NCBI GenBank assembly: GCA_051294375.1
Contig: JBJCIZ010001666.1
Location: 46,994-110,993, forward strand
Reading direction: 5' to 3'
DNA length: 64,000 nucleotides
From: Paraspadella gotoi
Lineage: Eukaryota; Animalia; Chaetognatha
Part shown: in pieces, positions 1 through 14,146 of the stretch
How the letters are laid out: every line of letters starts with the position of its first letter
Position numbering within the stretch: position 1 is the stretch's first letter
The notes under the pieces: generated by a model
The model's database searches: none
Told to the model about the DNA's origin: nothing
The model's input: only the letters and a program-made list of their open reading frames with translations
Position numbers and translations under genes: made by a program

Positions 1-85
1 TGTATTTTTTTCGAAAACGAGGCACGGATTGTCGATTTTCGATTGATCCGATCGCTCCGCTGGCTGCGCTGCGTTGCCGAGTAAC

Positions 86-619
86 ATGGAATACGTAGAT
101 CTCGCTGTGATTCTAGACTGGCTTTTTTCGGGATGAAGTTGATTAAAACAATAATTAGCATCGGGACTGTTGTCATTCTGATCGATTCCAGGATCATTAA
201 ACCTCAATCTTATTAATTTTATAATGTTACAACCGAGTTCTCAAAAAAGGATTACATTGGATCGCTCTTTCTAATGTTAAAAGCGCCAGAAAAAGTATTA
301 GAGATTATCGGATCTTTGGGCGAGTCCTCCGCAGCAATCCTGGACGGCCATTTTTATGCGACATCGAGCGCGTAACGTCCTTTATAAACGATAAGCTGTT
401 ACAAAGAGAGGATGGCAAATTTTTTGTGGATTACACTGTCTTTTTTGCGTTTTATTGTTTTGCGCAGAGATTTCTCCGCCCAATGAAATATTAAATAAAT
501 TCGTATACTTCCGATCCCTTATATAAAACGATATTTTTGTGGCAAATTTTATTTCTTCGCATTTTTTAAATTTGACAGACGACAACGATAGCAAAAAATA
601 CCTTTCTTTTATTGATTAA
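86..619 (+). pseudogene. Frameshifted adenain-type cysteine protease of a second, divergent Maverick
   Basis: Manual translation across frameshifts gives GLHWIAL (~249-269), a DSLG-like segment (~311-321) and NDKLLQREDGK..CGLHCLFF (~386-445). These are collinear with GSHW / YFDSLG / NNYPLQ..TCGHH of the intact protease at 34716-35252. Confidence 0.7.
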
Positions 620-737
620 AATTTTTTTGAGAACTACTTTCTCTCTCTCTCTCGTTCTCTCTCTCTTCCTTCTAATATAACTTAAGAAAAAGTGGTTGAT
701 TAAAATCACGTTATAGTTACTCTTTAAACTATTATGA

Positions 738-1058
738 ATGAAAAAGCCTGGGTGCGCGGATCAATACTACAAATTCAAAAACCCGTATCTCAGAGCTATG
801 GCAAAGAACAGGAAACACCGCCGTCAACGCCGGAAAAAAATTGCTGGCCATCAGACTGGTGGAACCTCTCGTCGCGCCCGCGGGCGGCCTCGAGGTCGTC
901 CTCGAACTCAGAAAGGGAAGGGTCGTCAGAATCAGGGTGGAAAGGGGCGAAAGGCGTCGAACAGAAAGAATCTCGTCGGCCACGGTGCGGGAGGCGGAGG
1001 AAAAGTAAAAAAAGTGGCAAAGGAGGAAGAAAGAAAAAAAAAGCAGTGGCGGGGGTAG
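738..1058 (+). CDS. Basic (R/K-rich) Maverick core-like protein with adenain-type cleavage motifs
   Basis: Highly basic ORF containing QTGG, QKGKG, QGGKG and LVGHG. It follows the protease pseudogene, matching the order protease then basic ORF (34408-34677) in the main element. Confidence 0.6.
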   Translation: MKKPGCADQYYKFKNPYLRAMAKNRKHRRQRRKKIAGHQTGGTSRRARGRPRGRPRTQKGKGRQNQGGKGRKASNRKNLVGHGAGGGGKVKKVAKEEERKKKQWRG

Positions 1059-1878
1059 AACTTTTAGCGAATCCTCAAGCTCTCGGGAGGGATCTCAGCG
1101 TTCCCTTACCAACAACCTTGGCTCAAAGATCGGGTCTGACCAAGATGAGCAAGTTGGGTACATATCTTTCCCGTCTTTAATTCATCGCAAGATTTGTCGA
1201 AAAACTCGACGAATGAACGCGCGTATGGGCCTAGAATATCTGGTTAATTTTTCTATTCAACTCCCTAAAACTCTCCAGGCGTCTTTTCGTTGTATCTTGA
1301 GAAATTGGGGTACCCCGCATCGAGGATCCGTCACTCCGCCTCTCACTACCCCCCCTCCCCCTAACTTGGATGCCTCCCCCTCATCGGGCATCCCCTATTG
1401 TCCGGCTGGCGGGACGCGACGCACGTCTCTATAATGGTAATTTTTAATGGGAGGGGGGGGGGGGGGGGGGGAACGGGGGCGGGGAGACTCACGCTCCGCG
1501 CATTAACACAACTTATCAAAATAAGAATGAATAGGCGGCGCGTGTCGGTCGACCGATGGTGGGCCTTTAGGAGGTGGAAGGGTGAAGAGGTCCGGACAGC
1601 GTTTAAACATTGATGAGAGCGGCGCGTGCGCTTCCTCGTGCCCTTAGGTCATGGCATCGAGCTCCCTTTAAAATTCGACCGAGCGGAGGTGAGAAATCAA
1701 GTCGTTGAGTTCTTTTGCATCAATTTTTTTTCTTCTCATCTTTCTCCATCACTTCATCGGCTCATCTCTCATCTCACATCTCTCATCATTCATCTTTTCT
1801 TTTTCTTCACGCGCGATTATAACGAGATCAAAATTTTTATAAATTTTTATTCTCGAATTAACTCTTTTTGTCATCATC

Positions 1879-2217
1879 AGAGATACAGTTTTTCCGATTT
1901 AAAAGCATGTTTTCTATGGAACCGGCATGTTTTAGAAGCGGCATTGCTATACTGGAGCAGATATAGAAGCGGCATGAGTTTTATAGTGATTTAGAAGCGG
2001 CATTGCGGTACTGGAGCAGATATAGAAACGGCATTGCGGTACTGGAGCAGATATAGAAACGGCATGAGTTTTATAGTGATATAAAATCGGCATTGCGATA
2101 CTAGGACGGATATAGAAGTGGCGTAAGTTTTAAAACAAATACGGAATTGGCATTGCGTTCTCGCAGCTGTAGATGACCCTCGACCCGCGGTCCTCGACCC
2201 TCGAACCTCAACAGGGC
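1879..2217 (+). repeat. Direct copy of 18066-18487 (candidate Maverick terminal repeat), truncated by an N-gap
   Basis: Both copies start AGAGATACAGTTTT, contain tandem GGCATTGC..ACTGGAGCAGATATAGAA subrepeats and run to CTCGAACCTCAACAGGGC. Confidence 0.85.
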
Positions 2218-2317
2218 NNNNNNNNNNNNNNNNNNNNNNNNNNNNNNNNNNNNNNNNNNNNNNNNNNNNNNNNNNNNNNNNNNNNNNNNNNNNNNNNNNN
2301 NNNNNNNNNNNNNNNNN

Positions 2318-4340
2318 TTGTTTGTTTTGATAAACGTACTAAAAAGGATATTTAATAACTGTCCTCAACCAATTTTAACAACCTCGATGATGTTATTTGC
2401 AGAAGTTTTTAACGTTTTTATTTCTTTTCCTTTGAAATTATTGTTTTTCCGGTGTTTTCTACGTTTTATCTCTTTTACATTGGAAAAAGCGTTTTTTTGT
2501 TTTTAAAGTTTTTTTCTCCTTATTGAAGAAGTTGTTTTCTGGTATTCTCAACCTTTTTATCTTTTTTACAATGGAAAAACGTTTTCGGTGTTTTAACGTT
2601 TCATCTTATTTCACATTGGAAAAGTTGTTTTCTGGTGTTTGTAACGTTTTTAGCTCTTTTTTACATTGGAAAAGGAAAAGGAAAAAGTCGTTTTCCGTGT
2701 TTTTAACGTTTTCTTCTCTTTTTACAAAGGAAAAGTCGTTTTTTGATGTTTTAACGTTTTTTAGCTTTTTTTACATAGGAATAGGTCGTTTTGACGGATT
2801 TTTCAACGGTTTTATTTATTTTTTTATTGGAAAAGTCGTTTGCCAAAGTTTTCAACGTTTTTATCTCTTTTTACATTGGAAAAAGCGTTTTTCTTGTTTT
2901 TTAAAGTTTTTATCTCTTTGGAAAGAATCGTTTGCTGGTGTTTTTAACGTTATTATCTCTTTTTACATTAGAAAAAGTCGTTTATCGGTTTTTTTTCTCT
3001 TTTTACATTGGAAAAATCGTTTGCCGGTTTTTTTAAAGTTTTAATTTCTTTTATATTGGAAAAGAAGTTTGCTAGTGTTTTTAACGTTATTTATTTCTTT
3101 TTACATTGGAAATGTCGTCTGCCGGTGTATTTAACGTTTTTATCACTTTTACATTAGAAAAGTCGTTTATCGGTGTTTTTAACTCTTTTTACATTGGAAA
3201 AATCGTTTGCCGGTTTTTTTAAAGTTTTTATTTCTTTTTACATTGGAAAAAATCGTTTTCTGTTATTTTTAAAGTTTTCATATCTTTTTACAGAGAAGAA
3301 GTCGTTTTCTGGTGAATTTAACGTTTTTATCTATTGAGAGTGAGAGAAAGCTACATAAAATTAAAGATAAAAGAGAGAGAGAAGGAGACATAAAATAGAA
3401 AAGAGGAAATTTGTTTGTTTTGATAAAATGTATTAAAAAGATATTTAATAACTGTCCTCACCCAATTTTAACAACCTCTATGATGTTATTTGCAGAAGTT
3501 TTTAACGTTTTTATTTATTTTTCTTTGAAATTATCGTTTTCCGGTGTTTTCTAGTTTTATCTCTTTTTACATTGGAAAAAGCGTGTTTCTTTGTTTTAAA
3601 GTTTTTATCTCCTTATTGAAGAAGTTGTTTTCTGGTGTTTTCAACCTTTTTATCCTTTTTTACAATGGAAAAGACGTTTTTCGGTGTTTTTAAACGTTTT
3701 CATTTCTTTTCACATTGGAAAAGTCGTTTTCTGGTGTTTTTAACGTTTTTAGCTCTTTTTACATTGGAAAAGGAAAAGGAAAAGTCGTTTTTCCGTGTTT
3801 TTAACGTTTTCTTCTCTTTTTACAAAAGGGAAAGTCGTTTTTTGATGTTTTAACTTTTTAGCTTTTTTTACACAGAAATAGTCGTTTGACGGGTTTTTCA
3901 ACGGTTTTATTTCTTTTTTTATTGGAAAAGTCGTTTGCCAAAGTTTTTAACGTTTTTATCTCTTTTTACATTGGAAAAAGCGTTTTTCTTTGTTTTTAAT
4001 TTTTATCTCTTTGGAAAAATCGTTTGCTGGTGTATTTAACGTTGGTATCACTTTTTACATTAGAAAAATCGTTTATCGGTGTTTTTTTAACTCTTTTTAC
4101 ATTGGAAAAATCGTTTGCCGGTTTTTATTAAGTTTTTATTTCTTTTTACATTGGAAAAAGCGTTTTTCTTTGTTTTTAAAGTTTTTATCTCTTTGAAATG
4201 TCGTCTGCCGGTGTATTTAACGTTTTTATCACTTTTTACATTAGAAAAGTCGTTTATTGGTGTTTTTTAACTCTTCTTACATTGGAAAAAAATCGTTTTC
4301 TGTTATTTTAAAGTTTTCGTATCTTTTTACAGAGAAAAAT
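2318..4340. repeat. Degenerate ~48-bp satellite with a ~1.1-kb higher-order duplication
   Basis: Recurrent TTTTACATTGGAAAAGTCGTTTT..GGTGTTTTTAACGTTTTTATCTC unit. The block starting TTGTTTGTTTTGATAAA at 2318 recurs at ~3411. Confidence 0.9.
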
Positions 4341-4889
4341 ATGGTAATTATTGAAGTTTCATATTTCGTTGTCTAAAAGACACTGATTGTATGCGAAACC
4401 TATAATAAATATTCATAGTACGATGTTGTTTATTCTTTACTACTTTTAGAATTTTTATTAAAGTTAAATTTAGAATTTTTATTATTTTTTTTAAGGACAG
4501 AAGAGATTAAGAGTGAATAAAAAGAAATGAAATATAAGAATAAATCTTGTCCTTATTCTCAGCTGTCCTTATTCTCAATAATATTCTTTTCCTAAGTATT
4601 TTTTTAAAGCTTTATCCTTTTCTCTCTCTATTTTTTTTTCTCTTTCATTCTATCTTTTTCTCTTTCTCTCTCTCTCTCTCTCTCCCTCTCTCTTTCTCTC
4701 AAAATGTTTTGCAAAAATTGTTTAAAATATATTTTTTGTTAAACAGATTTAAAAAAAGTTAAAACATTTACATTTAAAAATAAAACTTATCTATTTATTT
4801 ATCAATTATAAACATAACAAATTGAAAGTTTTTTATGATCCATTGATCTGAATTAAAAAAAAATAATATAAAAATAAATAAATTTTTTA

Positions 4890-5033
4890 ACAAAAAGCCG
4901 GAGGCGTTAAATAGGCGAACGCGGAGGCGATCCGGGCTAAAAAAATGAGAGGCGAACGCAAAACCGGAGGCGAGGGGGGTCTCGGGAGGCGGGGAGTGGA
5001 GGCGGGCGAAATTTAGCGCCTCCAGCATCCCTG
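4890..5033 (-). mobile_element. Possible hAT-type transposon end with subterminal repeats
   Basis: Minus strand starts CAGGGATG (Ac-like TIR start) followed by several CGCCTCC motifs. The partner end was not found. Confidence 0.35.
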
Positions 5034-5160
5034 GTTTATTTACCTTTTAACCGAAATTTTATTGTTTATTTGGATTGTTTACAAACAATTTGGAAATACT
5101 TTTATAAGTTATAAACTTATAATTGGGGATGAGCATCGTTTCTAAACAACTCATTGTTTT

Positions 5161-5360
5161 ATATCAAATTTGGTAGCGTTCGATAGACAATTGCAAACAT
5201 TATCTACATGCATAATTTCATCATAATCCGACAATCCGTTCAAAAGTAATCGCCAAAAAGCAATCGCAAAAATCGCTCTTCAAACCGATCAACTTTCCTT
5301 TAAAATCGAGCTCGTTTTGATCCAACAAAGTCAAAGTTTAGTACTACGCGTAGTACTAAG
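5161..5360. repeat. Interspersed repeat; diverged inverted copy at ~16935-17125
   Basis: Shared TTCAAAAGTAATCGCCAAAAA, GATCAACTTTC and the palindrome AGTACTACG(CG)TAGT in opposite orientations. Confidence 0.6.
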
Positions 5361-6165
5361 CTTTAGAACCGGCGCACAATGAGATCCTGGGCCTGAATTT
5401 TTCAGAAAAATCTCGTTCAATTAAAAATATTTTTTTAATTATAATTTAATTATAAATTATTTTTTAAAAATTTATTTAAATATTAATATAATCAAAACAT
5501 AATTTTTATAATTTTAAATAAATAAAATAAAATTATTTTATAATAAAATATATATTATTATCAGATTTTATAATAATAATAAAATAATTATAATAATAAT
5601 AATAATAATAAAAATAATAATTATAATTAAAAAAATAAAATTAAAAAATAAAATATTTATATTTTATTTATTATTATTATTTTATTATTATTATTAATAT
5701 TATTAATATTATTATGATTATTATATTTTATTAAAATTAAAATTTTATTTTAATCTTATATTTTTTAATTATATACTATGATAAAAAAAACTTGTAGTTT
5801 AAAAAAATTAGTTAATTTTATTGTAAAATATATTTTTTATGCATATATACTTTTTAATATATAATACTACTTTTTTCAGATTGAATAAAAAAGTTTATTC
5901 TTAACACTATAATTATTTTTATATAAATATTTTTATATATTATATAATAATATAAAAAATTTAAAATTTTTTTTTCTAGCATTTGGGACTCACAAGCAAC
6001 ACTGTGCGACGATTTTTATTTTAATGAGTTTTTATTGGACTTTTTTTAAATTTTGCATTATATTGAGAATTTTGGCTTCAGAAACAAGTAAGAAAGATTC
6101 TTTAAACTTTATATATATATATATTTGCTGAGTTTGTATTAAATGTTTTGTTATCCTTTGCCCAG

Positions 6166-9100
6166 GACTTCTAACTTCACTTTAACTTCAACCTTCTCTT
6201 AACTACACTTACAACTATTTGTCAAGTCCTGGGCTTCGCCTTTGTGGCCGAGACTTTGTCGTCCTCATCTATTGAGCGTCATGATCGCGGCCATCGTCTC
6301 CTCTGCGCCATTACGCCACAAATACCAACGCTTTATTTGGCGTAGAGTTAGCCCGGAAAAGTTAGCAAGTCAATGAAACCACTCTCCGAACTTAGTTCAA
6401 AACATTAGAAGTCTTCGTTTGCGGAACACCCTGCTCAAGTGCTTCGTCGAAGGCTCTCTAAGCCTCAACGGTTTCTTCGGGATCGTTGGGAAGAAGATCC
6501 ACCAGCGTCGATCTCTAGGTGTCGAGCGAGTTGACGATTCCATTATGACGGAAGATTTGATCAATCAACCATCGGACGTAAGGATCCGGCGGCGCCTTCA
6601 GGACTGCTTTCATTGCGATTAGGGATCCTCGGACTAGCGACGACGCCGTCGAACGTATTTTGGAAACGTTGATGGATTGTGCGTTATCGCTCCTTCTCGA
6701 ATATTGGCAGTGAGATTGAAGTCCGGTTTCAACTCGTTTTACTTCTTCGTCTTTGCGTTTTTTGGCTGCCACCGAACTTCGCGAAGCCTTCCTTCGATTT
6801 CAACGCCGTTTTTTGCGCCATCGGCGGCGACGAATAGGAACGGGAAGACGTAAGCGCGCCAGCAATATTGTCGCCGAGAAACTCGAGCGCCCGAAAGCCG
6901 TCTTCAGCGGGACTCCCCTTTCGGCGTCTTTTGTTGACTTCGTCGTTCGTTTGTAAGTCGAATTTTGATTTGCGCTAGTGCGGCGGACGAGAAAGATATC
7001 GACAACTTCACGGCGATCCGACACTATACCCTCTCCAAAATGTCACCGAGATGTTTAGAGACACTCTTCTTCAAGCGGACATGGCTTTATTCCCGACGAG
7101 CCATCCTTAGTGGACTGTAGCAATTTCCTCATCATCCTCAACGTCGACGGCAGTTCTGGCTCATTTGGCGTCTTTGACAGAGCCAGTAGCGCTTCGACGC
7201 AAGAGTATACCAGCGGATACCAACGCGGAAAGTTGCGTAGCTAACGAGTTCTACGGACGATTCGATCTGCAATCTCCGCAGGAAGATGAAGGATGAGGCG
7301 TTGGAAAGTTCTGTCGGATTTCCTCTATCGACTCAACAGCGCCCATGGGAAGCGCCGCTATCTCGATTTGCGAGTTGATCTTATCAAGTCGACGCGTGCA
7401 TCATCGGTTGAAAGCATTGCATCGACAGGACGTTCTGGATTCGTCGCAACAAGGATGACGACAACGCCGGAGTCTTGAGTGACCCCGAAGTACCGGGCGC
7501 CTATTCTTCGGCTGCAAACCATCCCGACGGCGGATTCCGGGCGTCCAGCTCGGCCGTTCTCACCGCCTCCACCGACTCTTGAAGATTAAAGTTTCGCCGT
7601 CCGTCTTATTTCCATCTGACGTCGTCACGGCGTCGACGGATACTCTTCGCGGATTCAAGGATTCAAGGATTCAACAACATTCCTCTCTCGTATTTTGCCA
7701 CGGTCTACGCGGCCACGCCGTCTCCGAAGATCGTCCCGAAGCGCCGCTCATTGCTCATGCGGATGCCCGCGATAGCGAGCGTTTGTCGCCGAAACCGGAA
7801 CGACGAGGATGCGTCTATCAGATCTCGAGCGTGCCGTCAACAAGAGCCACGTGACGGCCCCGGACTGGAAGCGGCGTCGAGGGAAGCGCGACAGATTTTT
7901 TTCTGCAAATTTCAAATCTTCAATGATCATCGGTTTTAGAGAGAGTTGCGTGAAGCGACGGAGATGGAAATACGCTTCGTCTCTGCATTCGATCGCGCAT
8001 TTCGGTTAAGAACGGAAAGGATTGAGAGAAGAAGAGAAAAGACTTTTCAAAGGTCAGCACATCGAGCTTTGGCTATGCCGAGGGAGATCTGTTTATTCAT
8101 CTTACGCCGGCGTCGTCTGCGTGTAAAGCGAAATGGATCGTGACTCAACGGAATTTCCCCCGTTTTGAGTTCTCTCTCCAACAGCTCGTCGACTACCTTC
8201 ATGCTTCAGAAACGCCTCCACCGGCCTACGAAGTTCGCCGGAACCGGAAAACCAAATGCGTGGAGGCGGCGGACGTGGGAGTGGCGACCGATGACGCTCC
8301 GCCTGTCGCCGATCTGCCAAATTTCTCCGGTCAAATATGGAGTTTCTGCGCGACGCGATAAGGGACCTTTTTCAAAAAGAGATTGCGTCGTGACTTCCGG
8401 CGTTCTTACCGCTGCGGCGTTAGACGCCGAAACGCCGGCATTTGACGTCTCATGGCATCATGCGGCGCCATCCTCCAAAGCGGCGCCGTTTGAGACAGCC
8501 TTCGACCGCTCAGCTGCAAGGGCGCCGGGCTTTTTGATATTTACGCTCGGACTTTCGCCTTTCAATGCTTCAGCAGCAACGCCCAAATCGTCGTGTTTTG
8601 ACTTTGAGCGTCAACTTCTTGATCAAGTGGACGTCTTTGCGTTGGAGGACGCCATGGATCCAAAGAAGTTGAAGGAGCATCCCCATTGGTTTGACGAACT
8701 TCCCAAGCGTTTCGTTGATCGATTTTTGTCTCAACTGGACGCAACCGCAGCCCTTGACGACGCCATATCGTCTTCAAGAAAGATGGGGAAAAGAGCGGAC
8801 GACGGCGGATGATCGAGCAGTTCCTGAGCGGCCTAGCAGACCTCGTTCTGACGGTCGTGATGACGGATCTTCTCGTGAAAAGGATACCACGTTTTTCAGA
8901 TAAGTGGGCATAAAAAATGGTTTTCTTTACACAGTATCACAATTTGAATGAAAATTTATCATTCAGTGATTTTCTGTCATTTTTTCTTTGTATAAACCAT
9001 GAAGTTCTCGACTTCAGGCTACCGGCGACATCAAGGATGCCTGCGGCGTCAACAGCGACAATGGTTAACGTCTCGCCTGAGCAGCCGCCCTCCTCAACAA

Positions 9101-11260
9101 ATCTGGGCCAGAATTCGAACTTTATTTGCCCAAGTTGCGAGGGTCGACGCATTTCGACGATTGGAGCCCGCCGATCGCCGCTAATTCATCGCCTCGCTTT
9201 TTCCGTTGCTTCAACTGATTGGGAAGCGGTCTTTGTTTCGACAAACGCCCTACGAAGTTGCGTTATTTCTGCAGTAAAATAATCATCCTCTCCTTCATGT
9301 CGACGGGTCGACCACCGCCAGAAGAATGGATGCTGCGAAAACGACGCCGGGATTGCCGATTCGACGAGCAACGGAAAAATAAATCGTCGGACGCCGCCGC
9401 CAATAAGTCAGGATCGGCGTCGTGCGGGAAGACGTCGTGACTTTGCTGTTTAGCCGCCGAGCGGAGGCACGTTCACCGCCCTGCGGCGCTTATCGTGATC
9501 GTCGTTGGTCGACGATGATGCAGCTTTAGTTAATATGGACATTGGGAGAAATATTGCGTTTTAAACGTCCATCTCACAAAGTGATTAAAACTTCAGCTTA
9601 GTCTCGTTTTTATCTTCTCGGATCTGAGTCTACACTCCCTAGGCCAAAGGTGAAAAGAATAAAGTTCTCTTCAGTTGACGACGCGTTCCAACTGGACATG
9701 GAGGATGTCCACGCCGTCAATCTTCTTTCGTCTAATGACGACGCTTCATCGGCGCGAGAAAAGATTTCTTATTCTGCTCATCTAGTGGATGCCGAGATTC
9801 GAAATTCATCGCGGAAGTTAGGATTCTCTCTTTGCGTTTAAAAACGATTGGGAATGGACCGTCGGCGGCCCTCTGCGGCCAAAGGATCGCCGAGCTCCGC
9901 GAGATTTCATCAAACAACCTGTCAACGTGTCAAGGTCGACAACGAGCAGCTCTGCCGCGAGATTCGGCGACTTTTCGACGCCAATTTTTCTTCTCCGGCG
10001 CCATCGACGAGGCCTCTTTCAACGTGCGAGATGACTTTGTTTGGGAGCAAATTCTGTCGACGATACGTTTGATCAACGGGCATAGAGCGGCAAAAGATTG
10101 TGAAGCTTACTTCCATCGAGATTCTCTCTGGATCGCGACCAGTTCCATTACAAAAGTGACGCCGGGGATGCGCTTCTTTATCGATGCCTCCAATTTGAGC
10201 AACGGCGTCAATTTGAATCGTCGCGTCGATGTTATCAACTTCGAGTAGGTGTTCTCATCATCGCCGCCAATTTCGTCTCACCGTTTGGTTCATGGACTTT
10301 TTTCGAGTTGTTTCTGTTAGACGATTTTGCTAACCGTCTTCAAGAAAATTCGGGTCAAAAAGTCGCGTTTTTTCCCGTTTTTCAAACATCGAATCGCTCG
10401 ATCTCATGGTATTTCCTTGGTGGACGAATAGAGATGCGTCCCGATATTGCTAATTGGGTCCTCTCTCTCACGGACAAATGGTGATATGGATTTGGTTCCA
10501 TGATGCGGACTGATTTCTTCTTTGGATGCCGGGATCAACGTGGCCAATTACAAGCGTCTGGTCTCCATGGAAACCAAAGATCTTCCGGGTTTGATCGCCG
10601 AGACGTCAGCGGGCGTCGCCGCTCTCGTCGTTCTCCCGTTTTCTCCGCCCATTTCTCCGTTGATTCGTGGATGCTAAGAATAAACTGCTTTCGCTTTGCG
10701 CGTGTTGAAGTCTACTTCGACGTGATTTGCGGTTCATTGCTTTCCTCGAATCTACAACGTCGATATTTGATCGACAGCGAAACGCCTCTTTCGCTAATTG
10801 TATTTAAAACTTTTCGGTTCTGGAATTTGCTTTGGAAAAGATTCGCCTCTTCGTTGGTCGTCTCCTTCGTCGACTGCGGGGGGTTGATGCGCGTCGACGG
10901 CCCTCTTGGCCTTCTCGGCTCCCCTCCGAGACGAAACGTGAACAATTCCATCGTCTTGGCAGTGATGCCTTTAACGCCAGCTGACTTCTCATTTCCCCAT
11001 CCGGATCTCGAGGTCGTCCAGCTCGTCCTCCTTGACGACGAGACCAAGTTGACGAGCGTGTGGAGGCCTGGCGTTTGTTTAAAGGGTGCATAGCGACGAC
11101 AAGCACGTGCGGCGCGCGTTCATGCTGACCGTATGGAAAGATCTTCCAACGTGATCGTTCAAAACTTTTCCGTTTGGAACTAGACGAGAGAAAGTTAAAA
11201 TAAATACAAATACCTCGTCCCTCAAAGATCTTAAACTCTTTGTGTTGCCATTCCATACTA
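6166..11260 (+). pseudogene. GC-richer, probably coding island (host gene or pseudogene), frames broken; product not identified
   Basis: Sharp GC rise, chained + strand ORFs (8165-8812, 9832-10248, 10500-11093) and intron-like breaks (acceptor at ~6165, AT-rich gap at ~8900-8990). No family motif recognised. Confidence 0.35.
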
Positions 11261-13974
11261 TAGGGCTATANNNNNNNNNNTAAAGTGGACTGGTTTCACG
11301 GTTTTTTTACTTTCTCATCTTAGACTTGATCGTTCTACTAATCTATGTTGATTATTTTTTTGACCTTACACATTCTGATAGATTGGCGTCTTGGCTAAGA
11401 CAGGGTATCTTAATTTGTTTATATTTTTGCAAGCTTGCTTGTTTAATTTAACAATCAAATGAACTGCTTTTTCGGCCATTAATTCGAACGTAACGCCGAT
11501 AGTATTTTTTACTTTTTATTTTCCCTTCGGCGAGACGAGGGTTTTATCTTCTGTTTCTGGGTGGAGCGCACGAAAAATTCAAGCGTTTTTTTTTTAAATC
11601 CTAAGAAAACAAAGGGCTTTTGTTTCGATTAACATTTTATATTGGACCCGACCGAGCATAATGACTCTACCGCGAAATCCAAATCCGAAAGCCATGGCCT
11701 TGCGACGAGCAACCGCGGTTTCCGAAAGAGAGAATTTTGGTGGCTCGTTTGTTTTGAAACATATCTCCCGCCTTCCCGCTGTATTTTTTTAAATTAGATT
11801 TTTTTGAAATATAATATAATTAGGGGTATTTATCAAGTATTTATTAGATTTTTAAAATGTTATCTTTTCATCTTTTATCTTCTTTCTCTTCGTTTTCCCA
11901 TCGACGATATATGTCGCTCCGCGATTAGAAAAAAATCCGAAAGAACGAAGCGGTTTCTGATAATTTTGGTTCCTCGCCATTTTTGCACCAATAGCGCAGT
12001 AAATATTACAAAACCATGGATGATTTCTGATACGGCAGTATTTGGGCTATCCAACGCAGCCGGAACAAAGAAAATCCATAAAGGTTTTAACTAAAAAATA
12101 CTTAAAATAAACACGGTGTTTAGACTGATTTCCTTTTGAATTTTTTTTATTTTGCGGTACTTACTGTATAAGTCAAATAAATATACAGCGATAATGCACT
12201 GATTCCGATTCTGTTGGGTTTAGCCTATATTTCAAGCACATAACGAAAAAAATAAATTCACATTATAGTAAGAAATTGGAGCAATTAATTCATTTTTTTT
12301 CCAAAATTTATTATCATTTTTATTTCTTACTGTTTTTTGCCAAACATGCCCTTTAAAATTATAAAAATAACGATTAGCTAATGAAACTACAAAGTCTTAG
12401 GTACATTTCGTTGCCCGAACGAAGAAAATTCATTGATATCATAGTCTCAATATGGAGCTTCGAAATATCTCATTTTCTTCGTAATTTACCCCTTTATTGA
12501 TAAAGGCCTTGTATTATAATAAAAAATAAAAACAACAATTTAACCATACAGTTACATGCATTAGCGAGTTATTAAAAGATTGTAGTTGTTTTTTTTAAAA
12601 ATGATCATTTTTTGTAGATTATTTCTCAACGCGTGAATCGATTGATTTGAAATATTACATCAACAATGTTGACATCATTTTCTCTCAGTAAATGTAAAAA
12701 TATTTAAAATAATATTATAAACGACCAGGTAACTTGCCTATAGACATAAACCTCTCGAGCGTATTCAAATCCAGTATCGCCAAATTTATTATTTGCATAC
12801 AAATAAGTTACTTGGAATTTTTCAATTTATTTTCGTTTCTGTTGCTAACAATTATCTCCCTGTTATATCTTTTTAGTTATAATTTTTTTTCACCTTCGCC
12901 GTGCGGACATCACTCTTGGCGACTAAACTCAGCGACATCACTCGGCGACTAAACTCTCAGCGACATCACTCTCGGCGACACGGGTCTCTGAGAATTGGCT
13001 CTCGGCGACTCCATGAAAAGACCCCCTCCTCGACCTAGCGGTCATTAGGCCTTTACATCCACTCTCGGCAAATCAGTTAATAAATTTTGTTGAAGGTGAG
13101 TTGACTTACGATCTGTGTACATTGATGAATGTTGAATTTTTAAAAATGATTGTGAAATTAACGAGTTTAAATTTGATGGTAAAAATTTAAATATGTGAGA
13201 TTAAAAACTGGCAACACTGTTAAAAGCATTTATGTCCACGGGTTGTTGAGAGGTACTCCCGAGACGTTCAAACAAAAATGATCCCGATTTTTTCGGATTC
13301 GATCAATTCTCTTTGCGGAGCAACGGGCTCGGAATGACTCGGATATTTCCCGTCATCGTATCCGACGGCCATGATCTGTCCAGTCATGACCAGACACATT
13401 TATATTTTTTACTATCATTAATTATAATCAACATACATAGTGTTCCAATGGTACTGACAGTTAACTTTTACATATTTAACGGAACTGTTCTTAAATCTTA
13501 CTTCTGAGATAACAATGTCAAAGATAAGTTCTTACCATTTATAATACTATATTTCGAATTCAATTTTTATCAGTTTTTCTTTGCAAAACAATCAATTTAA
13601 ATGCGTCCTAGTTTTCACTTTTTTAATTTTTAAATTGTTTTATTTATATAAAAAAATTTATTTAAAAAATTATGTAGAGAAATATTTTGAATTAATATAA
13701 ATTGTTTAAATTTAGGAAAAAAGTTTTTATTGGCAAAGACGATTTATTTAATACATCAATAAAATAATTTGTTTCCTAAATCTTAAAATGCAATGAAAAA
13801 GAAGGATTAAACATAATTTTAATTTAGCAGTATGATTTTTCTCGTTTGTAACATTTCGTGACATTATATCTATGCAACTGTAGGATTGATATAATAATCC
13901 TTCCTTTTTTCATTGTTAGTTTGTTAGCAGAGAAAAGCAAAGTGTGAAGAGACAGTAATTATTGTTATGTGTTA

Positions 13975-14146
13975 GTGACAGAACCGTTCAATATAAGCAG
14001 TCCCTGAGCTTCGGATCAGGCTGTAACACCATGTTACAGGCGGGTTAAGCGCCCCGTCCCTCTTAACTGCTTGGCGATCACCGGGCTAGAACCCCGGACC
14101 TTTGGGTTGGGAGGCGAATGACTTGCCTCTGGCACCAATGGCCGCT
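13975..14146 (-). mobile_element. tRNA-derived SINE
   Basis: The minus-strand head has an A-box-like TGGTGCCAGAGG, TTCGCCTCCCAA (tRNA-Gly-like) and a B-box-like GGTTCTAGCCC. Its 3' part recurs at ~56645-56691. Confidence 0.55.

Noticed and set aside
2523-4196. Phe-rich ORFs as membrane proteins
   Set aside because: They are translations of the 48-bp satellite.
9832-10248. PR/SET domain suggested by FFIDASN
   Set aside because: The following NWxRY motif and other SET features are absent.
14075-14146. Functional tRNA gene
   Set aside because: The cloverleaf is degenerate and fused to a repeat body; better explained as a SINE head.
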